Below, one piece after another: positions 26,450 to 34,579 of a stretch of 38,324 nucleotides of DNA. Source of the stretch: Myxococcales bacterium UBA1238 (GTDB lineage: Bacteria; Myxococcota_A; Bradymonadia; UBA7976; UBA1532); assembly GCA_002309015.1 (NCBI GenBank), contig DBWM01000055.1:76310-114633 (forward strand), read 5' to 3'. The notes under the pieces were generated by a model. That model did not search any database and was not told where the DNA came from. It worked only from the letters and a program-made list of their open reading frames with translations. The stretch's first letter is position 1. Each line of letters starts with the position of its first letter. Made by a program: the position numbers and the translations under genes.

Positions 26450-27198
26450 TGCGCCGCATCCTCTTCACCGTCGAATATGACGGCACCGGCTACCACGGCT
26501 GGCAAGCGCAGGCCGGTCTCACCACCATCCAGGGCGAACTCGCCTCTGCCCTCGAAGCTCAATTCGGTTTTCCCATTCAGGTTGACGGCGCAAGCCGCAC
26601 GGACGCAGGCGTTCACGCGCGAGGTCAGGCCGCAGCCATCAGCCTCGATCACCCCATCAGTTTAAAAGGCTTCGTCAAAGCATTAAACCAGCGACTGCCC
26701 TCTCAAATTGCCATTCGGGATGCCCGAGAGGTCGAGCCCGATTTTGTGCCGCGCTTTAAAAGCTTAGGGAAAACCTATATTTACAGGTTTTATTGTTCCA
26801 AAGAGCGCTGGCCGCTGATCGATCGATATGCCTGGCGCGTCTTTTGGCCCCTCAATTTTGAGCGCCTCCTCGAAAGCACGCCTTACCTCATCGGCACGCA
26901 CGATTTTGAAAGCTTTGCCGACAGCGATGGCACGCATCAAACCAGCATCCGCACGATCACGCGCATCGCATTCGCGCCCGATCCCCAGATTCCCGGCCTC
27001 TACGCGCTCACCTTTTGCGGCACCGCTTTTTTAAAGCATATGATCCGCAACCTGACGGGCACCCTGATCGAAATCGCGAGAGGACGATTACGCCCAGAGC
27101 AGATTCCACAAATGCTCGCCGCGCGCGATCGCTCCGCTTCGGGCCCATCGGCCCCTGCCTGCGGACTCACGCTTGAACGCGTACATTTCGCGCTCTAA
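26449..27198 (+). CDS. truA: tRNA pseudouridine(38-40) synthase TruA
   Basis: VEYDGTGYHGWQAQ, GASRTDAGVHA (catalytic Asp), GTHDFESF, FLKHMIRNL, APACGLTL; TAATG stop/start overlap at 26447-26451. Confidence 0.97.
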   Translation: MRRILFTVEYDGTGYHGWQAQAGLTTIQGELASALEAQFGFPIQVDGASRTDAGVHARGQAAAISLDHPISLKGFVKALNQRLPSQIAIRDAREVEPDFVPRFKSLGKTYIYRFYCSKERWPLIDRYAWRVFWPLNFERLLESTPYLIGTHDFESFADSDGTHQTSIRTITRIAFAPDPQIPGLYALTFCGTAFLKHMIRNLTGTLIEIARGRLRPEQIPQMLAARDRSASGPSAPACGLTLERVHFAL

Positions 27199-27239
27199 CT
27201 TATTGTTTTTAAAAAAGTTTTAGAGATTTACGGGTGGGA

Positions 27240-28538
27240 TTAGAAGAAGCTCGCCTGAATGCCGACGTTCAGATCGACATGTTGGGAGGGGGAATCACCA
27301 ATCAGGTGATAGAAATCGGGCGTGACCACCAGCGCAAAGAGATCGGAGAAGGCCCAATGGTATGAAACGCCGAGGGTGTAGCAGAAAGAACCATCCCGGG
27401 AATAATCGAGCAGAGACGGTCCGGTTCCATTCTTGCTTTTCACACTCACCATATGGCGCACATGCCCAATACCACCGCCCGCGCGCAAAATGAGACTGTG
27501 AGGCGCATGATCGACCACCTTAAACTGCGCCCGGCCACCCTCGAGGTGATCAAATTCCACGAACTGCATGCGCAGGAAGGCACCCAGGCTGAACCAGGAA
27601 GTGACGTTAAAGTCGACTTCGAGCAAACTGTGGAACGGCGCCAGCGCCAGGCCAGTGCTCAGACGCTTATGCTGGTGAATCGATTCCGAGCGATCGGTGA
27701 TCCTCCCCACTCCGGTCCCTAAACTGAGCGTGAAATTCATGTATTTTCGGCCAGAAGAGGAGCTGCCCTCTCCCACAAAATCCTCTAAATTGGATCCCAT
27801 GGGGATGTCGTTGTTCACAGGGGCTTCGATGCTCACCACGACCGGATTCTTGCCTGAGCCATATTGATCGAGGCGATTGCCCTGACGATCTTCTACCGCG
27901 ATGTAATATTTTAAGCTTTGCCCCACGATGTAACGATTTGGAATGCGCGTCTCAAAATCGCGTTCCCCTTTGGGAAGCATCTCAAGCTGCTGCGTCATTT
28001 CCATCGTATCGTTCTTAAAATATAAATAAGCTCTATATACTTTGCTATTCAGCTTGCGCGAAACCGTAATCGAAATCGGCAAGGACTCGCCCACCATCAG
28101 GCGTGAGGGCGGATAATGAATCAAATCACGGTCGCTGGTTTGCTCAAAGTCGGTCCTCTGAGCCACCAGTCTCTGAGCTTCATCGAACAGCTTGCTCAAA
28201 GAAGGCGTTCTCACATTGGCTTCCAGCACGAGCGAAGGATCGATCTGCAGAGCCTTATGGAATGCGTCCACTACAGCTTTGGGATCTTTTTCGAGATTAT
28301 GCTGCACAATCGCATAATTCATATAGACATTGGCAGCGGTCTTATCCTGAAGCTGATGTTGCTCGATCAGATTAACCGCTTGCTGCAATGCAGTTTCCGA
28401 CTGCTCAAATTCCAACTCATCGTACAGGGATTCGGCTTTCGCCAGCAATTGTGCAACGTTGCGCTCCGCTGGAGACTGCGCAAAGCAAGACGAAGCGCTG
28501 ATCGCTAATAAAATCAATGAGTTTAGTATCGTGCGCAT
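27240..28538 (-). CDS. Exported TPR protein with Ig-like middle domain and C-terminal beta-barrel-like domain
   Basis: Signal MRTILNSLILLAISASSCFA; TPR (AVVDAFHKALQIDP); beta-sandwich-like segment (LKYYIAVED); amphipathic strands ending DLNVGIQASFF. Confidence 0.72.
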   Translation of the reverse strand: MRTILNSLILLAISASSCFAQSPAERNVAQLLAKAESLYDELEFEQSETALQQAVNLIEQHQLQDKTAANVYMNYAIVQHNLEKDPKAVVDAFHKALQIDPSLVLEANVRTPSLSKLFDEAQRLVAQRTDFEQTSDRDLIHYPPSRLMVGESLPISITVSRKLNSKVYRAYLYFKNDTMEMTQQLEMLPKGERDFETRIPNRYIVGQSLKYYIAVEDRQGNRLDQYGSGKNPVVVSIEAPVNNDIPMGSNLEDFVGEGSSSSGRKYMNFTLSLGTGVGRITDRSESIHQHKRLSTGLALAPFHSLLEVDFNVTSWFSLGAFLRMQFVEFDHLEGGRAQFKVVDHAPHSLILRAGGGIGHVRHMVSVKSKNGTGPSLLDYSRDGSFCYTLGVSYHWAFSDLFALVVTPDFYHLIGDSPSQHVDLNVGIQASFF

Positions 28539-28539
28539 A

Positions 28540-29706
28540 TTACTTAATGATGATGAATTCGACACGACGGTTGGCCGCTCGACCTTCCGCAGTTCGGTTA
28601 TCCTCGATGGGTCTCTCTTCGCCGTAGCCGATCGCTTCCATGCGCGAAGCCTCGACGCCCTGGTTGATCAGGTAACGCCGGACCGATTCCGCACGGCGTT
28701 GGGAGAGCTTCTTGTTGTAAGAATCTTTGCCTTTACTGTCGGTGTGGCCTTCGATGCTGACGCGAATCTGAGCGTGATCGCGCAACGCCATCGCCACTTC
28801 ATTCAATAAGCCAAACGACTTCGACAAAATCACATCCTTGTTGGTGGCAAAGTAAATCGTTTGCTTCAACTCGATGTGATCGTCGTGAACGATGATCGAT
28901 TTATACAGATCGGGGCAACCGTCCTCATCCTCATCGCCGTCGAAATCTTCGGGCTCGTTGGGACATTTATCGATCCCCTTGCATTTGGCGGCATATTGCG
29001 CGCTCAACCCGCGCTCGCTCACCCAGGGATCGCAAATGCCATCGAGATCGTTGTCGGGATCGGGACAGCCGTCTTCATCCTCAAAGCCATCGAAATCTTC
29101 GGCATCGTTGGGACAGGCATCGCGCCCGGAGCAAGAGGGATAATCCGCAGTCAGCCCCTTATCGCTCACCCAGGAATCGCAGATATTGTCTTTATCGTTA
29201 TCGGGATCCGGGCAGCCGTCTTCATCCTCAAAGTTATCTAAGTCCTCAGGATCATTGGGACATTTATCGTCGTGATCGAGGATGCCGTCTTCGTCGTTGT
29301 CGGGATCGGGACAGCCGTCACTATCCTGGAATCCATCGAAATCTTCGGGATCATCCGGGCAGCGATCTTCGCGATCGAGGATGCCGTCTCCGTCGCGATC
29401 TCTGTTTTCCTGGCATTCCGGCCGAGGAGCCACCAGCTCCGATTTTTCTGTAGCTTCCAGGGCCAGAGCGAGATGCTCCTGCGCCTCAAAATACTCACCC
29501 TGATCGAGCTTGAGATAGGTGAATTCAAGCTCGGATCGCGCAACCGCGTAATCCTCAGGAGCGCATTTGTAAGCGGGCTTTTCTACTGCATTTAAGCGGG
29601 TTTCGATGCTATCGGCCTTTGCACGCACAGCGCGCCCTGCACAGCCTGCCACACAGCACAAAGCTGCCAGACCGACGATCCAACGACAAAGCGAACGGCT
29701 TTTCAC
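28540..29706 (-). CDS. OmpA-family lipoprotein with DUF4398-like helix bundle and thrombospondin type-3 repeats
   Basis: Lipobox VAGC; CAPEDYAVA segment; repeated DxDGCPDPDND; OmpA C-domain IYFATNKD...IEGHTDSKG...YNKKLSQRRAESV...GYGEERP...ANRRVEF. Confidence 0.92.
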   Translation of the reverse strand: MKSRSLCRWIVGLAALCCVAGCAGRAVRAKADSIETRLNAVEKPAYKCAPEDYAVARSELEFTYLKLDQGEYFEAQEHLALALEATEKSELVAPRPECQENRDRDGDGILDREDRCPDDPEDFDGFQDSDGCPDPDNDEDGILDHDDKCPNDPEDLDNFEDEDGCPDPDNDKDNICDSWVSDKGLTADYPSCSGRDACPNDAEDFDGFEDEDGCPDPDNDLDGICDPWVSERGLSAQYAAKCKGIDKCPNEPEDFDGDEDEDGCPDLYKSIIVHDDHIELKQTIYFATNKDVILSKSFGLLNEVAMALRDHAQIRVSIEGHTDSKGKDSYNKKLSQRRAESVRRYLINQGVEASRMEAIGYGEERPIEDNRTAEGRAANRRVEFIIIK

Positions 29707-30101
29707 AGCGAACGTCCTCCCGTCGGCTTTGAACCCGGCTTTTGTTTTTGCGAAGGCTGTGCCGGGGATTTCTTCTGCGGCTTTGGAGCGACAGGCTCTT
29801 CCACAGGATGATTCAGCGCCAAATCCTTGGCCTGCTCGGCAAAAGACTGAGCTTCCTTCGCCAAATCCATTGCAGCCTGAAATTCGGAATAGCCTTCTTC
29901 AAGCCGCGCCTGCCGCAAATTCATCTGGGCCCGCCGATACTCGTAAATCGCGTATGTCTGAGCCCCCGCACCATCCGCTGCGTCTAACGCAACCTGAGCA
30001 TCCGCAATCGCAATTGCTGCAGAAATAGGACCGCAGCCGCCCAAAAACGGCACAAGCCCTCCCGCAATCAACACAAGCGCGCATCGATCAAACCAAGCCA
30101 C
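29703..30101 (-). CDS. DUF4398-type lipoprotein
   Basis: GTG 30101 with GAGGAG upstream; lipobox LGGC; AQTYAIYEYRRAQMNLRQAR...AQSFAEQAK; overlaps the ompA-family start, a common pairing. Confidence 0.8.
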   Translation of the reverse strand: MAWFDRCALVLIAGGLVPFLGGCGPISAAIAIADAQVALDAADGAGAQTYAIYEYRRAQMNLRQARLEEGYSEFQAAMDLAKEAQSFAEQAKDLALNHPVEEPVAPKPQKKSPAQPSQKQKPGSKPTGGRSL

Positions 30102-30168
30102 AACGAGCACTCCTCGCGCAAAACAAAGGCGTTTGATATATACCGCTTTGCGAACGGGCGTCAACAAG

Positions 30169-30657
30169 TCAACCGAGCAGCTGCTCAACCTGCTCGGTCA
30201 CCTCGTCCCCACCAATGCCCTGTGCCACAGACAGCTCCTGCACCAAAAGCTGCATCGCCATCTCGTATACGCGCTTTTCACCATAAGAAAGTTGTTTATC
30301 TGCGCGCATCAGATGGAGATTTCGAAGCACTTCTGCCACTTCAGTCAATTTGCCCGTTTTGATTTTGTCCATATAAATCCGCTGCCGACGGTTCCAGTTG
30401 AGCTCATCGACAGTGAAATGGGACGCTTTCAAAACCTCATTGACTTCTTTGATTTCGGCTTTGTCGACCAAATTGCGCAAACCAACTTGCTCGACCTTAT
30501 CTACGGGCACACGAATCTTTTGCTCCGAATCGAGGCACCGCAGAACGTAAACCTGACAGGTTTGTCCCGAAAACTCAAAAGTTTCAATATCACAGATTTC
30601 GGTGACTCCTTGTGCAGGATAGACAGCCTGGTCACCGACATTGAAAGTGCTTGCCAA
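30169..30657 (-). CDS. carD: CarD/CdnL family RNA-polymerase-binding transcription factor
   Basis: TTG 30657 preceded by GGAGGT; FNVGDQAVYPAQGV, IRVPV...VGLR, conserved Trp in NWNRR, KQLSYGEK. It has no HMGA-like tail, so it is CdnL-type. Confidence 0.93.
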   Translation of the reverse strand: MASTFNVGDQAVYPAQGVTEICDIETFEFSGQTCQVYVLRCLDSEQKIRVPVDKVEQVGLRNLVDKAEIKEVNEVLKASHFTVDELNWNRRQRIYMDKIKTGKLTEVAEVLRNLHLMRADKQLSYGEKRVYEMAMQLLVQELSVAQGIGGDEVTEQVEQLLG

Positions 30658-30734
30658 GGCGCACCTCCGCATCTCAACCGCATTAAAACATGCAGCCGGA
30701 GGATTGTAAGGCATCACCCCAGAGGGGAAATTTG

Positions 30735-30756
30735 GAGACGCCCTGCCGGACGTCTC
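30735..30756 (-). terminator. Stem-loop downstream of the 107-aa gene (possible terminator or stabiliser)
   Basis: Minus strand GAGACGTCC-GGCA-GGGCGTCTC, a 9-bp stem with one G-U pair; only a weak U-tract follows. Confidence 0.4.
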
Positions 30757-30785
30757 ACGGAGGATGTAAGCGCAACCGCTTAATT

Positions 30786-31109
30786 TTACTTCAAGTTCGC
30801 GCGCATATCGAGCAAGCGGCCGGTGGAGTAACCGAGCAGCTTGGTGCGAAGATCCATGTCGGGCTTGCCGCCGTTCGCGCGGCGCTCAACGATTTCGGTC
30901 GCTAAAGCTTCGCGTGAGCCGTACTTGGCCTTCAGGGTTTCTTCGCGCTTGAGCAACGTCAAAAGCTTCTTGTTGCTCACTCGCAAAAGGCGATCCTTGA
31001 ATTGGGCTTCCGACTCCTCGGCTTTACGGGTGAGGATCGGGAGCAGTTTTTGGACTAAAGCGTCCTTGCTCTCATGCTGATTCTTGACGGTCTGAAACGG
31101 GGTAGCCAT
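30786..31109 (-). CDS. Small basic helical hypothetical protein
   Basis: 107 aa, K/R-rich, with an internal repeat (KNQHESKDALVQKL / KAKYGSREALATEI); GAGAG upstream. Confidence 0.75.
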   Translation of the reverse strand: MATPFQTVKNQHESKDALVQKLLPILTRKAEESEAQFKDRLLRVSNKKLLTLLKREETLKAKYGSREALATEIVERRANGGKPDMDLRTKLLGYSTGRLLDMRANLK

Positions 31110-31148
31110 AACTGCTCTCTCAAGTTCAATTCAAAAAAAGAAAAGCGG

Positions 31149-32546
31149 TTGCAGTTGATACCACACGCCCTTTCCAAAAACAAGACTTTCCTTTTCGCGC
31201 TCCTCATTTTGGCCGTTGCCAGCCTTTTTGAAGCCCTCAGGGCTCAGGCCGAAACCGAAGGCGCTCATGCGGTGATCGTTCAATCCGGGGACTGGTCTCT
31301 GAAGGCCGCCGAACTTCCGGACGCCATCGATCTCTCGCGCGCCGTGGCCGCTTTGCAATCGGGTCAGACGCCCGGCCTTACAGCACTCCATCACCCGCAA
31401 ATCGCTGAAGAAATCCTGCGCGAGCTGATCGGTTTTTATGCCCTGGAACAGGCGGCTTTTGCATCGGGCTGGTTGCCCGCAGCAGCCGAAATCGCCGCTT
31501 ACATTCCAGAAGACGACGCCTCGGCTGCGCAGAGATTCGGCTTGGATATCGCACAGTTACATCACGCTGCAGCCATTTTGTTAACCCACGATGCGCTTCA
31601 TCAGAGAGAGTCCGAATCGCTTTCTCAGGCTCAAATCGAGGCTCAGTTTAAAGCCGATCACCATCAGCTGCGCCTGCGGGGACTCAGGCTGCACCGCGCA
31701 CCGGAATCGTCTGAAATCGATCTCGCTTTAAAAAACCGGCAACCCGAAATCGCGCGCTATTACCAGCAGCACCCGGCCCTCTTTTCAACGCCCGCAAAAT
31801 GGCGGGCGACGCGCATTTCAAAACCGTTCACCGCGCTCAATGCCGATGAGGTAGAAGCCGAACTCCGCGAATTACAACAAAATCTGGATGAAAACGATCT
31901 TTCAGAATTAACGCATCGAGGCTTCAAGACAGAGACCGTTTTCGTTTCAGATCGCCATCATCGCTTTCAGGCGCACCAAAAAACGCCCATTGCGCGGCAC
32001 GCTCAAAACCTGTCGTTCGATCTTCTATTGGAGTCTTTTCCTGAGCAAAAACGGGATATTAACGAGGTCTCGGTACAGCGGGAATGCGCGGCAGCGGTCC
32101 TGATCGAGCTCGATGATTTGCCCACAGCCCGAAAGACGGCAGATGAGGGGCGACAGTTGCTCTCAAATCCCGAAGCGCTCAAAGCCTATGCGGAAGCGCA
32201 CGCGATGCGCATTTTTGAGACGCCGTTTTTTTCGGAGTCCCAAAAAGCGCTTCCCAGCGTAGGCCTGATAACCCCTGAAATTCAAAGGGATTTGCTCTCA
32301 CTTACGCCCGATGCGCCTTTAAGCGGGCTACATGTCCTGCGGCAGGATTACGTGGCTTTTGAGTTGCTCGAAGAGCGTGCGGCACCTCCGTTTGAGGGAG
32401 AAGAAGCCGCAAAATACGCCTTTCTGCAAAAAGAACGCTTTGCTGCCCATTTGCTGGAGACGCTCAAAAGAGAACGCCAGGCGCTCTTTCAAATCAATGC
32501 AGATGCCTACGCCCAGGCCATCCGCGACTTACTCAAAGACTTATAA
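31149..32546 (+). CDS. PpiD/SurA-like periplasmic chaperone (degenerate)
   Basis: N-terminal TM FLFALLILAVASLF; EIARYYQQHPALFSTPAKWRATRI and FETPFFS...SVG segments resemble PpiD; no clear parvulin site. Start uncertain (TTG 31149 or 31155). Confidence 0.6.
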   Translation: MQLIPHALSKNKTFLFALLILAVASLFEALRAQAETEGAHAVIVQSGDWSLKAAELPDAIDLSRAVAALQSGQTPGLTALHHPQIAEEILRELIGFYALEQAAFASGWLPAAAEIAAYIPEDDASAAQRFGLDIAQLHHAAAILLTHDALHQRESESLSQAQIEAQFKADHHQLRLRGLRLHRAPESSEIDLALKNRQPEIARYYQQHPALFSTPAKWRATRISKPFTALNADEVEAELRELQQNLDENDLSELTHRGFKTETVFVSDRHHRFQAHQKTPIARHAQNLSFDLLLESFPEQKRDINEVSVQRECAAAVLIELDDLPTARKTADEGRQLLSNPEALKAYAEAHAMRIFETPFFSESQKALPSVGLITPEIQRDLLSLTPDAPLSGLHVLRQDYVAFELLEERAAPPFEGEEAAKYAFLQKERFAAHLLETLKRERQALFQINADAYAQAIRDLLKDL

Positions 32547-33317
32547 CGACTGAAGCGATCTCGCTTTTTTGGCCGCCTGGCTATCGGGGGCATCCGATAG
32601 AATCTGTGCCGCCAGCTGAGCGCGCTCATCCTTCAAATCCAGAGCGCCGTATACCTCGAGCAAGAGCTCAGCCGATTCATCCCAAATTTTTTCTAAGCTC
32701 TTGTAATTCCTGATCAAACCTTCCAATCGTCCGCGCGCTGAAACAGGGCGATCGCGCGTTAAATAAAATTTAGCCACATAGAGCTCGAAATTGGCCAGCA
32801 TGGTTCGGCAAATGACAATTTTTTGTTTTGCGTCCTCCACATGCTCGTCGTCGGGATAGTGATTGACGTAGATCTCGAGATTTCGCAGAGCGTCGTTCGT
32901 GGCTGAAAGATCTTTTTCATAAGCAGGCGGAAATAAAAAGAAATCGCCCGGCATTTGCCGAAAATAGCACTCACCGATGCGCCACATCGCGTAAGGAACA
33001 TCGCTGTGCGACGGACGATTTTTTACAAAATTGCGATATTCTTCGATCGCTTCCGGCTCGCGATCCATTTCGACCATCGTGTCGGCCAAACGCAACTCGG
33101 CCAAAGCGGCATATTGGCTGTAGGCGTATTTATTTTTGACCGAAATAAACAAATCCTGCGCTTCAAGGTAATCGCGGTTCGCTAACCGCTTCACGCCTTG
33201 TTCATACAGTTGTTGAGCTGAATCGCTGTAGCTGAGCTCTGTTTGAGCGCCACCGCACCCCAGCATCGCGCAGCAGGGCCAGAAGGAAAGAGAAAAAAAG
33301 AGAGTCAATGCACGCAT
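32541..33317 (-). CDS. bamD: Outer membrane protein assembly factor BamD
   Basis: Lipobox MLGC; YAYSQYAALAELRLAD, FVKNRPSHSDVPYAMWRIG, YPDDEHVEDA, LANFELYVAKFY, ARGRLEGLIRNY. Confidence 0.9.
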   Translation of the reverse strand: MRALTLFFSLSFWPCCAMLGCGGAQTELSYSDSAQQLYEQGVKRLANRDYLEAQDLFISVKNKYAYSQYAALAELRLADTMVEMDREPEAIEEYRNFVKNRPSHSDVPYAMWRIGECYFRQMPGDFFLFPPAYEKDLSATNDALRNLEIYVNHYPDDEHVEDAKQKIVICRTMLANFELYVAKFYLTRDRPVSARGRLEGLIRNYKSLEKIWDESAELLLEVYGALDLKDERAQLAAQILSDAPDSQAAKKARSLQSL

Positions 33318-33415
33318 AAACGCGCGAGTTATCACCTTTTGCAGCAAAATCGCAAGTCATTCAATTGACCGCAGAACCCCAATTGACTAAAGAATCATTT
33401 TTTTAAGGAACCCAT

Positions 33416-34573
33416 ATGAAATGCATTTCATTTAAACATTGTGCCCTTTTGCTGGCCATCGCGATGGGCTGCCCGGCCTGCAAAGCGCCAGCAGAGTCTC
33501 AAACATCATCGAACGAAGCCCAGCAAGCGCCTCAGATTTTTGCCGAAGTCCCCAAATTTCAAGCGGGCCGCGTCATGGAAGGCGACAAGGTTGAGCATCG
33601 CTATCTTCTGAAAAACAAAGGCAATTCCACATTACATATTTCTAAGGCCAAGGCATCCTGCGGCTGCACCGCTGCGGTGATCGGCAATTCCGAAATCGCC
33701 CCCGGCGCCGAAGGCTTCATCGACGTCACCTTCAATTCCATGGGTCGCCGGGGACATCAGGTCAAAACGATCACGGTCGAAAGCGACGATCCCCAAAACC
33801 CCAGGACGTTTCTGACCCTTGAAGCGGACGTCGTCGTTCCGGTGGGATTTGCGCAAAACAAGCTGCACGCCGATCTCAAGGTGGGCGAACCGTGGAGCTA
33901 CAGCGTGCTCATCGACGAAATGACCGACGAGACCATCACATTGGGCGAACCGGGCAGCGATCTGGAAGGCCTGACCGCCAAGCTCTTGCCGCGCACCGAC
34001 GGCCAGAAGGGCGCCCTCTGTGAGCTGAGCTACCTTCCCAAAACACAAGGCAGACTCCGCACCTCCGTCACGATTTCGACCGGTCTCGAACGGCTGCCCC
34101 GCATTTCATTGCCGCTCTTCTTTGATGTTGCTGGCGATCTTCAGCTGACGCCCGCTCAGCTGCATCTCACGCCTTCCGAGCAAATGGTTTCGGTGCGTTT
34201 GAGCTCAGAAACAATCGATTTTGAAATTCAGAAGATCGAGGACGAGACGAACGCGCTTCAGGTGAAAACGGTCGAAATCACGCCTAAGCGTGCATACGAA
34301 CTCCAGTTTTCGCTCGCGCCTTCGCAGACTGAACCCAAGACTTTTCACGGTCAGGTTGTGATCGAGACCACCGCCCCATCGGCTCCAAAGCTTCAATTGC
34401 CCGTCAGTTTTCGTACAGCGACGCATGCCAAATCTGACCGAGCTCATGGGCTCATGCGAAAGGATTTGAAGCATTTTCAGGATCATCCCCGTTCCTTAAA
34501 GTCACCTTCCGAACCCTTCCCCATGAAAAAACTCGCTCCCCAATCGAAGCATCGCCCGGTCAAATCGCTTTAG
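33416..34573 (+). CDS. DUF1573-domain (Ig-like) lipoprotein
   Basis: Lipoprotein-like signal; KNKGNSTLHISKAKASCGCT...IAPGAEGFIDVTFNS...KTITVESDDP; further Ig-like modules; AAGGA RBS. Confidence 0.85.
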   Translation: MKCISFKHCALLLAIAMGCPACKAPAESQTSSNEAQQAPQIFAEVPKFQAGRVMEGDKVEHRYLLKNKGNSTLHISKAKASCGCTAAVIGNSEIAPGAEGFIDVTFNSMGRRGHQVKTITVESDDPQNPRTFLTLEADVVVPVGFAQNKLHADLKVGEPWSYSVLIDEMTDETITLGEPGSDLEGLTAKLLPRTDGQKGALCELSYLPKTQGRLRTSVTISTGLERLPRISLPLFFDVAGDLQLTPAQLHLTPSEQMVSVRLSSETIDFEIQKIEDETNALQVKTVEITPKRAYELQFSLAPSQTEPKTFHGQVVIETTAPSAPKLQLPVSFRTATHAKSDRAHGLMRKDLKHFQDHPRSLKSPSEPFPMKKLAPQSKHRPVKSL

Positions 34574-34579
34574 CCCACC

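Noticed and set aside
28900-29400. Repeated GGGATCGGGACAGCCGTC-like DNA units as a CRISPR array
   Set aside because: They are degenerate in-frame codons of TSP3 repeats in the OmpA protein, and no cas genes are present.
30133-30783. 216-aa plus-strand ORF
   Set aside because: Antisense to carD/cdnL, which has a strong RBS and family motifs.
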